DNA of 64,000 nt from Phenylobacterium sp. (GTDB taxonomy: Bacteria > Pseudomonadota > Alphaproteobacteria > Caulobacterales > Caulobacteraceae): positions 24,501-88,500 of the forward strand of contig NZ_JADCBG010000037.1 of NCBI RefSeq assembly GCF_020253645.1, given 5' to 3'. Positions within the stretch are counted from its first letter, which is position 1. Each line of letters begins with the position of its first letter. The notes beneath the pieces are model-generated. The model made no database searches, was not told the origin of the DNA, and was given only the letters and a program-made list of their open reading frames with translations. Shown here piece by piece: positions 1 through 10,619 of this stretch. A program made the position numbers and the translations under genes.

Positions 1-2
1 TC

Positions 3-284
3 GACGACCTTGCCGTGAAGATGAAGTCGGGCATTTCAGGCGCCTATGACCTGGCGATGATCACGAACCGTGGCGTCAAGGTCTGGCCCCAGGGCTTGCC
101 GGAGACCTTCTGCACCGATCACTGGCGCTGCCGCTATCTCGCAAGACCAGACCAACCGTTCACCCTCGAGGACACCTTGACCCTCCTCCAGGGGCTCAAC
201 CGGGCCGGGGTGGACTTCGTCAAGACCGAGCTCCTCTTCACCTTCGATGGCGAGCCCGGCTACTCCCTCGGCCAGGGCCAGTAG
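3..284 (+). CDS. icd: Isocitrate dehydrogenase, C-terminal fragment (5' partial)
   Basis: MITNRGVKVWP...DHWRCRY...KTELL.TFDGEPGYSLGQGQ resembles the C-terminal extension of alphaproteobacterial NADP-IDH; frame is open from the window start. Confidence 0.75.
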   Translation, partial: DDLAVKMKSGISGAYDLAMITNRGVKVWPQGLPETFCTDHWRCRYLARPDQPFTLEDTLTLLQGLNRAGVDFVKTELLFTFDGEPGYSLGQGQ

Positions 285-308
285 AGCGCCTGGACCGGCC
301 TTCCCGGG

Positions 309-941
309 TCAGTCCCCGAAAGGTCGGTCGAGATCCCCGGGCCTGTCGACGTCGAACAGAACCCCGGGGCTTGGCGAGGGTATCCGGGCCACCTGGTCCC
401 CCAGTTGCTTCAGGATGTCCCGGGCGCCTGCGTCGCCCCTCGCCCCCGCGAGACCGGCCGCGGCTTCTGTCGAGAAGAGAACGGGGTGGCCCCTGCGTCC
501 CTTGTACTCGGGGGCCGCCGCCGGCGCCCCCGCCTCGACGGCGGCAATCAGCGGCGCAATGATGTCCGGCGGAATCTCCGGCATGTCGCCCAGGAAGACG
601 AAGACGCCGTTCAAACCCTGGGCAAGGCTCGCCGCCCCGGCGCGCAGGGAGGCGCCCATGCCCTCTTCATGGTCGGCGGCGTGGGTGAATCGCAGGCGGC
701 CGCTCTCCGCATCGGGTCCGGCCGCCGCCCTGCAGGCTTCCTCCACGGCTGCGGAGTCGGTTCCGGTGACGACCACCACCTGATCCGACGGCGTCGCCAG
801 CGCGGTCTTCAATGCGCCCGAAACCAGGGGCGCTCCGCGCCACGGGGCGAGCAGCTTGCCGCCGCCAAAGCGCCGTCCGGCCCCCGCAGCGAGGATGATG
901 GCGGCGTATCCGGTTCCTCCAGCGACGTCCTCCCCTGTCAT
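309..941 (-). CDS. mocA: Molybdenum cofactor cytidylyltransferase-like nucleotidyltransferase
   Basis: [23 protein letters not shown] and GHPVLF motifs; sits beside the Moco operon; ATG at 941 chosen. Confidence 0.75.
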   Translation of the reverse strand: MTGEDVAGGTGYAAIILAAGAGRRFGGGKLLAPWRGAPLVSGALKTALATPSDQVVVVTGTDSAAVEEACRAAAGPDAESGRLRFTHAADHEEGMGASLRAGAASLAQGLNGVFVFLGDMPEIPPDIIAPLIAAVEAGAPAAAPEYKGRRGHPVLFSTEAAAGLAGARGDAGARDILKQLGDQVARIPSPSPGVLFDVDRPGDLDRPFGD

Positions 942-972
942 GTTCTGCAAACCCCGCCTATGTTGCTCGGGC

Positions 973-2004
973 ATGACGCCGCTCGACACCGCGCCCGCTG
1001 TTCGCACCCGTCCGCTCCTCGTGGACGGGTTCGGCCGCGCCGTCACCTACCTGCGGGTTTCGGTTACGGACCGCTGCGACCTGCGCTGCGTCTATTGCAT
1101 GTCCGAGCATATGACCTTTCTGCCGAAGGCGCAGGTGCTGACCCTCGAGGAACTTGAGCGCGTGACCGGCGCATTCATCGATCTCGGCGTGCGAAAGGTC
1201 CGCATCACCGGCGGTGAACCGCTGGTCCGCAAGGGCGTCATGGACCTTTTCGGGGCCCTGTCCCGTCGCATCGGCCCTGATGGCCTGGACGAGCTGACGC
1301 TGACCACCAATGGGACGCGGCTCTCCGAGTTCGCGGGCGCACTGGCGGAAGCGGGCGTGCGGCGGGTCAATGTCTCTCTCGACACCCTTGATCCGGCCCG
1401 TTTCCGACGCCTGACCCGGGGCGGCGACCTGGCGCGGGTGCTTGCAGGGCTTGAAGCCGCCAAGGGCGCCGGCCTGTCGGTCAAGATCAACACGGTGGCC
1501 CTGCTTGACGATAACGCCGCCGAGCTTCCGGACCTGATCGCCTGGGCGCACGGCCAGGGGTTCGACGCCACGCTTATCGAAGCCATGCCCATGGGTGAGG
1601 TCGACGTCGACCGGACTGACCAGTTCCTGTCGCTCAAATCGGTACGCGAGCAGCTGGAGAGCTTCTGGACCCTGCAGGATCTTGACCTGACCACGGGAGG
1701 ACCGGCCCGCTACGTCCGGGTCGCCGAGACCGGCGGCCGGTTGGGCTTCATCACCCCCCTCAGCCATAACTTCTGCGAGCTGTGCAATCGCGTCCGCCTG
1801 ACCTGCACCGGAACCCTGCACACCTGTCTGGGCCGGGAGGACGCCAGCGATCTCCGCGCTGTCCTTCGCGGCGGGGCGAGCGAGGCCGAACTGCACGACG
1901 CCATCCGGGCCGCCATCGGCGTCAAGCCCAAGGGGCACGACTTCCGGATCGACCGCAATGCCCCTCCCGCTGTCCAGCGGCACATGTCCACGACGGGGGG
2001 CTGA
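973..2004 (+). CDS. moaA: GTP 3',8-cyclase (radical SAM)
   Basis: [37 protein letters not shown]-terminal GG. Confidence 0.97.
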   Translation: MTPLDTAPAVRTRPLLVDGFGRAVTYLRVSVTDRCDLRCVYCMSEHMTFLPKAQVLTLEELERVTGAFIDLGVRKVRITGGEPLVRKGVMDLFGALSRRIGPDGLDELTLTTNGTRLSEFAGALAEAGVRRVNVSLDTLDPARFRRLTRGGDLARVLAGLEAAKGAGLSVKINTVALLDDNAAELPDLIAWAHGQGFDATLIEAMPMGEVDVDRTDQFLSLKSVREQLESFWTLQDLDLTTGGPARYVRVAETGGRLGFITPLSHNFCELCNRVRLTCTGTLHTCLGREDASDLRAVLRGGASEAELHDAIRAAIGVKPKGHDFRIDRNAPPAVQRHMSTTGG

Positions 2005-2005
2005 C

Positions 2006-2245
2006 TTGGCCCGGGTCCTCCTGTTCGGACGATTGGCCGATCTCGCCGGCTGGCGGGAACGCGAGATTCCCGCAGCGACCTTGGCGGAGCTGCGCGGCTG
2101 GATCGCCGGCGAGGACCCGGCCCTCTTTGAGGCCCTGCAGGCGCCGGCGGTGAGGACTGCGGTGGACCAGGAACTGGTCAACCTGGATGTGGCGCTTCGT
2201 CCCGAGTCGGAAGTCGCCTTTCTGCCGCCGATGAGCGGGGGCTGA
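2006..2245 (+). CDS. moaD: Molybdopterin synthase sulfur carrier subunit
   Basis: About 79 aa, EVAFLPPMSGG C-terminus, TTG start just after the moaA stop. Confidence 0.92.
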   Translation: MARVLLFGRLADLAGWREREIPAATLAELRGWIAGEDPALFEALQAPAVRTAVDQELVNLDVALRPESEVAFLPPMSGG

Positions 2246-2248
2246 TCC

Positions 2249-2692
2249 GTGATCCGGCTGGTCAGCGCCCCCTTCGACCCAGGTGAGGCCCTCGCGGAGT
2301 TCTGCCGGGGACGGCGGGAGACTGGCGCGGTGGCCAGCTTCACCGGCCTCGCGCGGGCCGAGGCTGGTCGGACCACACGGCTCGAGCTCGAGGCCTATCC
2401 CGGCTTCACGGAGAAGGAGATCGCCCGTCATGCGTCGAGTGCGCGGGACCGGTTCAGCCTTCAGGATGTACGAGTGATCCACAGGGTCGGATCCATCCCA
2501 CCCGGCGAGGCGATCGTATTCGTGGCTGCGGCGGCGGCGCACCGCCGATCCGCCTTCGAGGCCTGCGACTTCCTGATGGACTACTTGAAGTCCCGGGCGC
2601 CCTTCTGGAAGAAGGAGTCAGGGCCCGACGGTGCGCGATGGATCGAGCCGACGGACCGTGACCGTGACGACCTGGCGCGATGGGAGAGATAA
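2249..2692 (+). CDS. moaE: Molybdopterin synthase catalytic subunit
   Basis: GAVASFTG, LEAYPG, HRVG, MDYLKSRAPFWKKE. Confidence 0.95.
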   Translation: MIRLVSAPFDPGEALAEFCRGRRETGAVASFTGLARAEAGRTTRLELEAYPGFTEKEIARHASSARDRFSLQDVRVIHRVGSIPPGEAIVFVAAAAAHRRSAFEACDFLMDYLKSRAPFWKKESGPDGARWIEPTDRDRDDLARWER

Positions 2693-3255
2693 TGACCTCT
2701 GAGACTCCGATGACTCTGGCCCCCGGCGGGCGGATCGATACCGCCCGGCCCTTCATTCCCGTCCGGATCGCGGTCCTGACGGTCTCGGATACCCGAGACG
2801 AGGAAAGCGACACGTCCGGCCAGGTGCTGGCCGACCGCGTGACCGGCGCCGGCCATGTCCTGGCGGATCGCGCCATCGTCCGCGACGACGTGGACGAGAT
2901 CCGGGCCCGTATCCTCGCCTGGGTGGACTCCGGGGAAGTTGACGCCGTGATCAGCACCGGCGGCACCGGGATCACAGGGCGAGACGTCACGCCGGAGGCG
3001 GTCGAACCGCTGTTCGACAAACGGATCGACGGTTTCTCGGTGGTCTTCCACCTTGTCAGCTACCAGTCGGTGGGCCTGTCCACCCTGCAGTCGAGGGCTA
3101 CGGCGGGGATCGTCAACGGCGTCTTCGTCTTCTGTCTTCCCGGGTCGAACGGGGCGGTCAGGGACGGATGGGACAAGGTGATCAAGGCCCAGTTGGACAG
3201 TCGTCATGGCCCCTGCAACATGGTCGAGCTCATGCCGAGGCTTCTGGAGACGTGA
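2692..3255 (+). CDS. moaB: Molybdopterin adenylyltransferase MoaB/Mog family
   Basis: [30 protein letters not shown]; TAATG overlap with moaE. Confidence 0.93.
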   Translation: MTSETPMTLAPGGRIDTARPFIPVRIAVLTVSDTRDEESDTSGQVLADRVTGAGHVLADRAIVRDDVDEIRARILAWVDSGEVDAVISTGGTGITGRDVTPEAVEPLFDKRIDGFSVVFHLVSYQSVGLSTLQSRATAGIVNGVFVFCLPGSNGAVRDGWDKVIKAQLDSRHGPCNMVELMPRLLET

Positions 3256-3722
3256 AGGGTCTGACCCATATCGACGCACAGGGCCGCGCCCGCATGGTGG
3301 ACGTCTCGGACAAGCCCGTGACGGACCGCGAGGCGGTCGCAGAAGGCTTTGTCCGTATGGCCCCCGAGACCCTGAAACTTGCGGTCTCGGGCCAGGGTCG
3401 CAAGGGCGACGTGAGGGCCGTGGCGGAGATCGCCGGGGTCATGGGCGCGAAGCGGACTTCGGACCTGATCCCCCTTTGTCATCCGCTGGATATCTCAAAG
3501 GCCGAGGTGGCGGTCGAGGTGGCCGGAGACAGGCTCAGGGTGTTGGCGCGAGTCCGCACCAGCGGTCGGACCGGGGTGGAGATGGAGGCGCTGACGGCGG
3601 TGAGCGTCGCCTGCCTGACCCTCTATGACATGCTCAAGGCCGCCGACCGCGGCATGGTGATCGAGGACATCCGGCTCCTCTTGAAGTCGGGCGGTCGCTC
3701 CGGAGACTGGGGTCGCGAATGA
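3252..3722 (+). CDS. moaC: Cyclic pyranopterin monophosphate synthase
   Basis: [40 protein letters not shown]; GTGA overlap with moaB. Confidence 0.97.
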   Translation: MKGLTHIDAQGRARMVDVSDKPVTDREAVAEGFVRMAPETLKLAVSGQGRKGDVRAVAEIAGVMGAKRTSDLIPLCHPLDISKAEVAVEVAGDRLRVLARVRTSGRTGVEMEALTAVSVACLTLYDMLKAADRGMVIEDIRLLLKSGGRSGDWGRE

Positions 3723-4909
3723 AGTTGATGAGCGTCGAGGCGGCCCGGACCGCCATGCTGGCCCCCATCCGGCGGCTGGGTCCCATAGACCTTCCCCTCA
3801 CGGAGGCCCTCGGGCGTCTCCTTGCCGAGGATATCCGGGCGATCCGTGATCAGCCGCCCTTCACCAATTCGTCCATGGATGGCTGGGCGGTTCGCAGCGC
3901 AGATGGTCCAGGGCTTCGCCGCGTCGCCGGTGAGAGCGCGGCCGGGCGCGGATACGACGGCGGGCTGGGGCCAGGTGAGGCCGTGCGGATCTTTACCGGC
4001 GCGGCCATGCCACAGGGCGCCGACGCCGTGGTGATCCAGGAGGATGTGCAGCGAGAGGGCGACCAGATCCGCGTGCCGGACATCGCCGCCGGAGAGAACG
4101 TCCGCGAGAGGGGCCGTGACTTCCAGGCAGGCGCCCGCCTGCTGGCCGAGGGACTGCGTCTGGATCCCTGGCGGATTTCCCTTTGCGCCTCCGCTGGCCG
4201 CGACCGGGTGCGGGTGGTCCGTCCCCCCGAGGTCAGCATTGTTTCCACCGGCGAGGAGGTGGTCGAAGCGCCCACGGCGCCGGGACCCTGGCAGATCTTC
4301 GACTCCGGTTCGCCAGGTCTTGAGGCCATGTTGCGGTCCTGGGGGGCGGGCGTGCGGCGCGTCACCGGGGTCAGCGACCGTCGCGAGGCGGTGCGCGAGG
4401 CCATCGCCGGGGCTGGAGGCGACCTCGTGGTGACCCTCGGCGGCGCCTCCGTCGGTGATCATGATCTTGTCCGGTCCGTCGCCGCTGACCTTGGGCTGGA
4501 CCTGCGGGTCGAAAGCGTTGCAGTCCGTCCCGGCAAACCGACCTTCTTCGGTCTCCTCGCTGACGGACGCCCGATGCTGAGCCTGCCCGGAAACCCGGCT
4601 TCGGCCTTTGTCTGCGCCGAACTCTTCCTGAGGCCGCTTGTCGCCGCCCTTGAGGGGCGGCCCTTTACCCCGGCCCTGCGCCGGGTCCGCCTGTTGACAG
4701 CCCTTCCGGCCAACGGCCCTCGCGAGCACTGGATGCGCGCCCGGCTGGTCTCCGAGTCGAAGCGCGAGGCCGTCGAGGCCTTCCCGGATCAGGACTCCTC
4801 ACTTGTCCGGATCTTCTCGGAGGCCGACGCCCTGCTGCGCAGGCCCCCTGGCGCGTCTCCCGCCGCGGCCGGCGAAATCGTCGAGGTGCTGCCCCTCGTC
4901 AGGGGCTGA
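3719..4909 (+). CDS. moeA: Molybdopterin molybdotransferase
   Basis: [41 protein letters not shown]; ATGA overlap with moaC. Confidence 0.96.
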   Translation: MKLMSVEAARTAMLAPIRRLGPIDLPLTEALGRLLAEDIRAIRDQPPFTNSSMDGWAVRSADGPGLRRVAGESAAGRGYDGGLGPGEAVRIFTGAAMPQGADAVVIQEDVQREGDQIRVPDIAAGENVRERGRDFQAGARLLAEGLRLDPWRISLCASAGRDRVRVVRPPEVSIVSTGEEVVEAPTAPGPWQIFDSGSPGLEAMLRSWGAGVRRVTGVSDRREAVREAIAGAGGDLVVTLGGASVGDHDLVRSVAADLGLDLRVESVAVRPGKPTFFGLLADGRPMLSLPGNPASAFVCAELFLRPLVAALEGRPFTPALRRVRLLTALPANGPREHWMRARLVSESKREAVEAFPDQDSSLVRIFSEADALLRRPPGASPAAAGEIVEVLPLVRG

Positions 4910-4913
4910 CCGG

Positions 4914-5894
4914 CTACCGACCGGCCCGGTCCCCGCCGCCGAAGCGTTCGGCCATGATCTGGCCGATCACGGAGACCGCAACGGCCCAGGGCGCCTTGCC
5001 GCCAATGTCCAGGCCGATCGGCGCGTGTACGCGCGACAGGACCGCCTCGGATACGCCGGCGGCCCGCAGGGGCGCGAGGCGTTCATCGAGACGGCGGCGC
5101 GCGCCCAGAAGACCCACATAGCCGGCGTTCGAGGGCAGGGCGGCGGCCAGGGCCTCGCGGTCCAGTTCCAGATTGTGGCTGGCGATCGCCACAGCGGTCC
5201 AGGCGTCGGTCCCGATCGAGGCCAGGGCGGCGGCGGGAGCCTCCCGGCTGTAGGCCAGACCCGGAACAGGCGGCGGCGCCTCTGGCCCCTTGCCCCTGAC
5301 CAGGGTGGTCTCGAAACCGGACTGGACTCCGAGTGTGGCGATGGCCAGGGCGGTCGGATCGGAGCCGAAGACCACCAGGCGCTGGGCCGGCTCGCATCGG
5401 CGCACGAAGGCGCCCTCCCAGGCCGCGATGGTTCCCGGCGCGCCGCACCCCCGCCGGCGGCCGTCGCTCGCCCACTCCGCCGGTCGGCGATTCGCCCAGG
5501 CCTCGAGAAGGTCGGCGAGCGCAGGATCGGTCGCCTCCACACGCTCGAGGAGGATCTCGATACGGGCGCCGCAAAGCAGGCGGATATCCGGCCAGGGACT
5601 TCCCTCCCCATAGACCAGGCGTCTGGGCTCGCCGTCATCCAGGCAGGCGTAGGCATGATCCGCGACATCGGATTCCACGCATCCGCCCGAGAAGTATCCC
5701 GCCACCGGATCAGGAGACGCATCGCCTGACCGGGTGAAGACCATCTGTGTACCCACCTGGCGCGGACCACCTCCCTCCACCGCCACCAGGGTGGCCAGAA
5801 CCGAGGTCCGGCCAAGGCGCCGCGCCTCATCCAGGGCCGGACGGACATCGTCCGCGAATCCAAAGACCGGCCAGTCGGGAAGGGGTGTTCTCAT
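4914..5894 (-). CDS. xdhC: XdhC/CoxI family Moco sulfuration chaperone
   Basis: GYFSGGCVE, CG, YVGLLGARRR, VHAPIGLDIGGKAP. Confidence 0.88.
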   Translation of the reverse strand: MRTPLPDWPVFGFADDVRPALDEARRLGRTSVLATLVAVEGGGPRQVGTQMVFTRSGDASPDPVAGYFSGGCVESDVADHAYACLDDGEPRRLVYGEGSPWPDIRLLCGARIEILLERVEATDPALADLLEAWANRRPAEWASDGRRRGCGAPGTIAAWEGAFVRRCEPAQRLVVFGSDPTALAIATLGVQSGFETTLVRGKGPEAPPPVPGLAYSREAPAAALASIGTDAWTAVAIASHNLELDREALAAALPSNAGYVGLLGARRRLDERLAPLRAAGVSEAVLSRVHAPIGLDIGGKAPWAVAVSVIGQIMAERFGGGDRAGR

Positions 5895-5996
5895 CAGGGT
5901 CTTTTTTAACGACCCGTAAGGATTTCAGAAACCGCTTCTTTAGGCATTACGGCGAGGATGGCGCGTTGAGTCATCCAGGGCGCGCCTGAAGAAGTC

Positions 5997-6869
5997 ATGT
6001 CTTCGCCAGTTTCCAAGCTTGGCCTCGCATCGGGGCAGTTCGCGTTCGATCGTGCGCCGGTTCGAGGCCGCACGGTTCAGGCCGAGGTCCGGGACATCTT
6101 CGATATCGCCGCGAAGGCGGGCGTGCGACTTCTGGATGTCGCCGGCCGATCGGTTCAGGCGGAGCGCGAGCTTGGCGCCCTTCTGGTGAGCCCGGACAGC
6201 TTTCGGGTCTGCATCTCGACGATCCGGCCCGACAGGGGACCAGACATCGTGGAGGCGGAAGCCCGCGCCTGCCTCGCCCGGCTGGGCGTTACCCAGGCCG
6301 ACTGCATCCTCGTGCCCTCCGTCGCTGAGTTGCTGGGTCCCCACGGTGCGGCGCTCTGGGACCGGCTCAAGGCCCTCCGGGATGAGGGGCTGACGCGGAA
6401 GATCGGCGTGTCGGTCTTTGCGTCTGATGATCCCCTGGGAATCGCCCGGCGGTTCCGGCCGGACGTCGTCCAGGCGCCGGCGAGCCTCCTCGACCAGAGA
6501 TTGATCAATGACGGCACCCTGGCCGCAATCGCCGGCCTGGGCATGGAAGTTCATCTGAGGTCGATCTTCCTGAATGGTCTGCTGCTTCTGCCGCCGGACC
6601 GGGCGCCCAGTCACCTGAGGGCCGCCGCCGCCCGCATTTCCCGCGCCCGGCGGATGATAGCGGAAGGTCGCTCGGATCCCCTGCAGGCGGCGCTTGGCTT
6701 CGCCCTCTCCCGCCCCGAGGCCTCGGCTGTCCTGGTCGGTGCAGCGTCCGCTGCGGAGTTCAATGCGATTGTCGCCGCCGCCGCGAGCCCGCCTCCTGAC
6801 CTGGACTGGGACGACATGGCCATTGACGACCCCGAGGCCCTGGACCCGGGCGCCTGGGCGGCGGCCTGA
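5997..6869 (+). CDS. kidO: Aldo/keto-reductase-fold protein, KidO-like cell-cycle regulator
   Basis: AKR-type motifs (KLGL, KIGVS, RSIFLNGLL) without the catalytic Tyr/Lys/His; ends in AAA; strongly resembles Caulobacter KidO as I recall it. Confidence 0.75.
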   Translation: MSSPVSKLGLASGQFAFDRAPVRGRTVQAEVRDIFDIAAKAGVRLLDVAGRSVQAERELGALLVSPDSFRVCISTIRPDRGPDIVEAEARACLARLGVTQADCILVPSVAELLGPHGAALWDRLKALRDEGLTRKIGVSVFASDDPLGIARRFRPDVVQAPASLLDQRLINDGTLAAIAGLGMEVHLRSIFLNGLLLLPPDRAPSHLRAAAARISRARRMIAEGRSDPLQAALGFALSRPEASAVLVGAASAAEFNAIVAAAASPPPDLDWDDMAIDDPEALDPGAWAAA

Positions 6870-6878
6870 GTTCGGCTT

Positions 6879-7997
6879 TCAGGCCCAGGCGGCGTAGGGG
6901 TCCGTGAACGGCCGCCCTAGGGCCTCCGCCACCGCAGGGTGGGTGACGCCCCCTTTCAGGAGATTCAGCCCGCGGGCGAGGTTCCGGTCGGTCTCCAGGG
7001 CTGCGAGCCCCTGGTCGGCCAGCTTGACGACGTAGGGGAGAGTGGCCGCGCCGAGGGCCTCCGACGCAGTCCGGGGGACGGCGCCCGGCATGTTCGCCAC
7101 GCAGTAGTGGACCACCCCGTCGAGGACAAAGGTCGGCTCGTGGTGAGTGGTGGGCCGGCTGGTTTCGAAGCAGCCGCCCTGGTCGATGGCCACGTCGACG
7201 ATGACCGAGCCGGGGCTCATCCGCGCGAGGTGCTCACGGCGCAGGAGTCGCGGGGCGGCGGCGCCCGGGGCAAGGACGGCGCCGATCACGACGTCGGCCG
7301 CAAGGATCTCGGCTTCAACCGCGTCGAGGCTGGCGTAGCGGGTGCGGACCCGGCCGCCGAAGAGTTCGTCGAGGGTGCGAAGGCGGGGCGCCGAGCGTTC
7401 GACCAGGGTAACCTGCGCGCCCAGGCCAACCGCCATCCGAGCCGCGTTCGTTCCCACCATGCCGCCTCCCAGGATGGTCACCCGCGCCGGAGGCGATCCA
7501 GCCGCACCGGGGAGGAGAAGCCCCATTCCGCCATTGTGTTTCTGCAGGTGGTGGGCGGCCGCGAGCACCGAAAGCCGTCCTGCGATTTCCGACATTGGAG
7601 CCAGCAGGGGAAGGCCGCCCCCGGGGTCGGTCACGGTCTCATAGGCGATGGCTGCACAGCCGGATCGCGCCAGCCCCTCAGCCTGGGCCGGGTCTGGCGC
7701 AAGGTGCAGATAGGTGAACAGGATCTGCCCCTCCCCAAGGCGCTCCCACTCGGCTTTCTGGGGTTCCTTGACCTTCACGATCATGTCCGCGCCGGCGAAG
7801 GTCGCGCCGGCGTCCGGGGCGAGGGTGGCGCCGGCCTCCAGATAGGCGGCGTCCGTAAACCCTGAGCCTGCGCCGGCGCCGCTCTGGACCAGGACCGGAT
7901 GGCCCCGAGAGGTCAGCTCCCGCACCGCCGACGGAATCAGGCCGACTCGATGCTCGTCAGGCTTGATCTCCTTTGGCACCCCGATCCTCATGGTCAC
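6879..7997 (-). CDS. ald: Alanine dehydrogenase
   Basis: IGVPKEIK..E.RVG, KVKEP, LFTYLHLA, DVAIDQGGCFETS, HYCVANMPGAVP. Confidence 0.97.
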   Translation of the reverse strand: MTMRIGVPKEIKPDEHRVGLIPSAVRELTSRGHPVLVQSGAGAGSGFTDAAYLEAGATLAPDAGATFAGADMIVKVKEPQKAEWERLGEGQILFTYLHLAPDPAQAEGLARSGCAAIAYETVTDPGGGLPLLAPMSEIAGRLSVLAAAHHLQKHNGGMGLLLPGAAGSPPARVTILGGGMVGTNAARMAVGLGAQVTLVERSAPRLRTLDELFGGRVRTRYASLDAVEAEILAADVVIGAVLAPGAAAPRLLRREHLARMSPGSVIVDVAIDQGGCFETSRPTTHHEPTFVLDGVVHYCVANMPGAVPRTASEALGAATLPYVVKLADQGLAALETDRNLARGLNLLKGGVTHPAVAEALGRPFTDPYAAWA

Positions 7998-8018
7998 GCT
8001 CCTTCTGGAAGGCCCCGT

Positions 8019-8759
8019 TCAACTGGGGCGTGAGGACAGCACGCAGTCCGCCAGACCGTCGCGGCGAACCGTTCCCGCCGCGGCGCCGATTCGGCCTGAC
8101 CGCCGTTTGACATATGGGCCCGGCTTCGCCGCCCGCCACTTCAGGGGGCTTGGCAGGATAGCCGCCAGTCGGGCGGCCTGGGCGGGGGTAAGGCGATCTG
8201 CTCCGACGCCGAAGTTGCGCCGGGCGGCCGCTTCGGCGCCGTAGACGCCCGGTCCCCACTCGATGGTGTTCAGATAGACCTCGAGAATCCGGCGCTTGCC
8301 CCAGCCAAGCTCGATCAGGACCGTGAAGCCCGCCTCCAGGCCCTTTCGGAGATAGGATCTCTGCGGCCAGAGGAAAACGTTCTTGGCCGTCTGCTGGCTG
8401 ATCGTGGAGCCGCCGCGAAGGCGGTCGGATGTTTCATTGTGCTCCCAGGCGGCTTGGATGGCCTCGAGTTCGAATCCCCGGTGAGTGCAGAATCCGGCGT
8501 CCTCGGCTGCGATGACGGAACGGATGAGGGCGGGCGACATCTCGTCCAGGGGACGCCAGGTTCTGGAGAACCCCTTTCCCTCCAATGACCTCTGGATCAT
8601 CAGGATCGTCACTGGCGGCGGCGCGAACCGGTAGATGGCGACCATTGCGACCGGCGCGCCCACGAGAAGGATCAGGGCCCAGACAAGCGCCTTGCGCAGC
8701 CAGCCCCCCTTGCCCCTTCGTGTCCCCGTGCGCGACGTCATCGGTTCAGGATAGGCCAT
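8019..8759 (-). CDS. mtgA: Monofunctional biosynthetic peptidoglycan transglycosylase
   Basis: [44 protein letters not shown]. Confidence 0.95.
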   Translation of the reverse strand: MAYPEPMTSRTGTRRGKGGWLRKALVWALILLVGAPVAMVAIYRFAPPPVTILMIQRSLEGKGFSRTWRPLDEMSPALIRSVIAAEDAGFCTHRGFELEAIQAAWEHNETSDRLRGGSTISQQTAKNVFLWPQRSYLRKGLEAGFTVLIELGWGKRRILEVYLNTIEWGPGVYGAEAAARRNFGVGADRLTPAQAARLAAILPSPLKWRAAKPGPYVKRRSGRIGAAAGTVRRDGLADCVLSSRPS

Positions 8760-8854
8760 GACGGCGGCCAGGCAAACGCGCTGACAAGCCCGCCGCCGGG
8801 GTGCTAGTCAGGCAGGGTCGCAGGGATGGGCCCCGGCAGGAGGGGAAGAGTGTC

Positions 8855-9520
8855 ATGAAGGTCAGCGAAGCCGTCGATCGCCGGATTTCGATCCGCGCCT
8901 TCCGTCCCGAGTGTCCGCCGGAGTCCCTCGTGCGCAGTATCCTTGAGGCTGCGGCGAGGGCGCCTTCTGGCGGGAATCTGCAACCTTGGAAGGTCTACGC
9001 CCTGGCCGGCGCACCTCTTGCGGAGCTCAAGGCGCGGGCTGCCGCCAATCCCATGGGCGAGCCTCCGGAATACGATGTCTATCCGCCGAACCTCTGGGAT
9101 CCGTTCCGTACCCGGCGGTTCCAGAATGGCGAGGACCTCTACGCCACCCTTGGCATTCCCCGGGATGACAAGGCGGCTCGGCTCCGGCAGCTGGCGATGA
9201 ACACCGAGCTTTTCGGCGCGCCTGTCGGCCTGTTCTTCTGCCTCGACCGCAAGCTTGGCCCGCCACAGTGGTCGGATGTCGGCATGTACATGCAGACTGT
9301 CATGCTGCTGGCGGTAGAGCGGGGCCTGGACACCTGCGCCCAGGAATACTGGGCGCGCTATCCCAAGACGGTGTCCGATCTCCTTGGCCTGCCCGACGAT
9401 CACATGCTGTTTTCAGGCATGGCCCTGGGCTGGCGCGATGACGCCGCCCCGATCAACACCCTGCGCACCGCACGGGACCCCTTCGAGGTCTGGGGCGAGC
9501 TGCGCGGATTCGAGGGCTAG
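8855..9520 (+). CDS. Nitroreductase family protein
   Basis: RISIRAF, APSGGNLQPW, FGAP, D.GM.MQ..ML.A...GL.TC.Q. Confidence 0.9.
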   Translation: MKVSEAVDRRISIRAFRPECPPESLVRSILEAAARAPSGGNLQPWKVYALAGAPLAELKARAAANPMGEPPEYDVYPPNLWDPFRTRRFQNGEDLYATLGIPRDDKAARLRQLAMNTELFGAPVGLFFCLDRKLGPPQWSDVGMYMQTVMLLAVERGLDTCAQEYWARYPKTVSDLLGLPDDHMLFSGMALGWRDDAAPINTLRTARDPFEVWGELRGFEG

Positions 9521-10482
9521 ACTTCGAAGACCCCGGCGGCGCCGGCCTCGTCTCCCCATGCCAGGCGACGGGCCCTGCGGCTGAAGGAGAGCGCCGAAAC
9601 GGCCTCTCCCTTCTCCGCCCTTCGCATGTCGATCTTCTGTCCGGAGAGGTCGCAGGTCCAGACCCGGCCATCCTCCAGCCCGGCGGCCACCAGGCGCGAA
9701 TCGGGGTCCCCCGCCACCCGGGCGACGAGGACGCTCTCGTCATAACCGACCTCCGCCGCCTGTTTCCCGAGCGGACCCGCCGGTCCGGAAAACGGCCAGA
9801 CGACCACGCCGTTCGCACCGGAAGTGGCCAGCATCTGGCCCTTGGACAGGAAGGCCAGGCTCTTCACCTTGGCCGGGTAGCCGCCCATCTTGAGGTTCTT
9901 GTCGTCCGCGACCCGCCAGCCATGCAGGGCGTTTTCCTGCATGGCGCTCATCAGGAACTTGCCGTCTGGGCTCCAGGCGAGGGCGATGTGGCTGCCGGCC
10001 CACTTGAGGACCTCGGGCTTCTGTTCGGCGATGCGGGCGTACCAGAGCCAGGCGCCTCCGTAAGTGGCCGCGGCCAGGCGACGACCCCGCGGATCGAAGG
10101 CAAGGTCCGTCACCGAGCGCTCGTGAACGAAGGTACGCTGAAACTGCGGGTCTGCGGCGTCGCGGACGTGCACCTCCCGGCCAGTGGCCCAGGCGAACAG
10201 GCCGGACTGCGAACTGGCGGCCAGGGCGTCGATCCAGCGCCCGCGCATCTGCTCCAGGACGACGGGACCCGACGCCCGGGTCCAGACGACCGCGCCGTCG
10301 TCTCCGCCGGTCAGAATCCCCTGACCCGTGGGATGAGGAGCGGCGCAGAGGACGGCCCCGTCGTGGGCCTGATGGACGCCGCCGTCCTCCGTCCGGAGCG
10401 TTCCATCGCCGAGGGCGAACCAGGCGCGGTCCTCGGAATCGAAGAGGACTGCTGTAACGAAGGCGTCAAAATCAAAGGTCAT
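9517..10482 (-). CDS. WD40-repeat beta-propeller protein
   Basis: Repeated HDGAVL, LTGGDDG, LAWSPDGK, LATSGANG, AAGLEDGRV units. Confidence 0.85.
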   Translation of the reverse strand: MTFDFDAFVTAVLFDSEDRAWFALGDGTLRTEDGGVHQAHDGAVLCAAPHPTGQGILTGGDDGAVVWTRASGPVVLEQMRGRWIDALAASSQSGLFAWATGREVHVRDAADPQFQRTFVHERSVTDLAFDPRGRRLAAATYGGAWLWYARIAEQKPEVLKWAGSHIALAWSPDGKFLMSAMQENALHGWRVADDKNLKMGGYPAKVKSLAFLSKGQMLATSGANGVVVWPFSGPAGPLGKQAAEVGYDESVLVARVAGDPDSRLVAAGLEDGRVWTCDLSGQKIDMRRAEKGEAVSALSFSRRARRLAWGDEAGAAGVFEV

Positions 10483-10619
10483 GGGACATCAATAGCCCCG
10501 GCGGACCGCCGAGGGGAGGGGGCGCGTCGGGTTGGGGCTTTACAATCCCGGTCTGATTGGCGATGGGTTTCGCAACACAGCCGGTCGCCGAAAGGCGACC
10601 CGAAGGGAAGGATCGTTTC

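Noticed and set aside
942-972. Moco riboswitch or ModE box upstream of moaA
   Set aside because: The gap is only 31 bp and no ModE-like palindrome is visible.
5899-5920. Full CtrA box at the kidO/xdhC promoter
   Set aside because: Only a TTAAC half-site; the second half does not fit TTAA-N7-TTAA (reads TTAA-N6-GTAA).
10570-10615. c-di-GMP-I riboswitch suggested by the GAAA hairpin before exbD
   Set aside because: Lacks the GGCAAAC and GGACGCAAAGC elements and the second stem.
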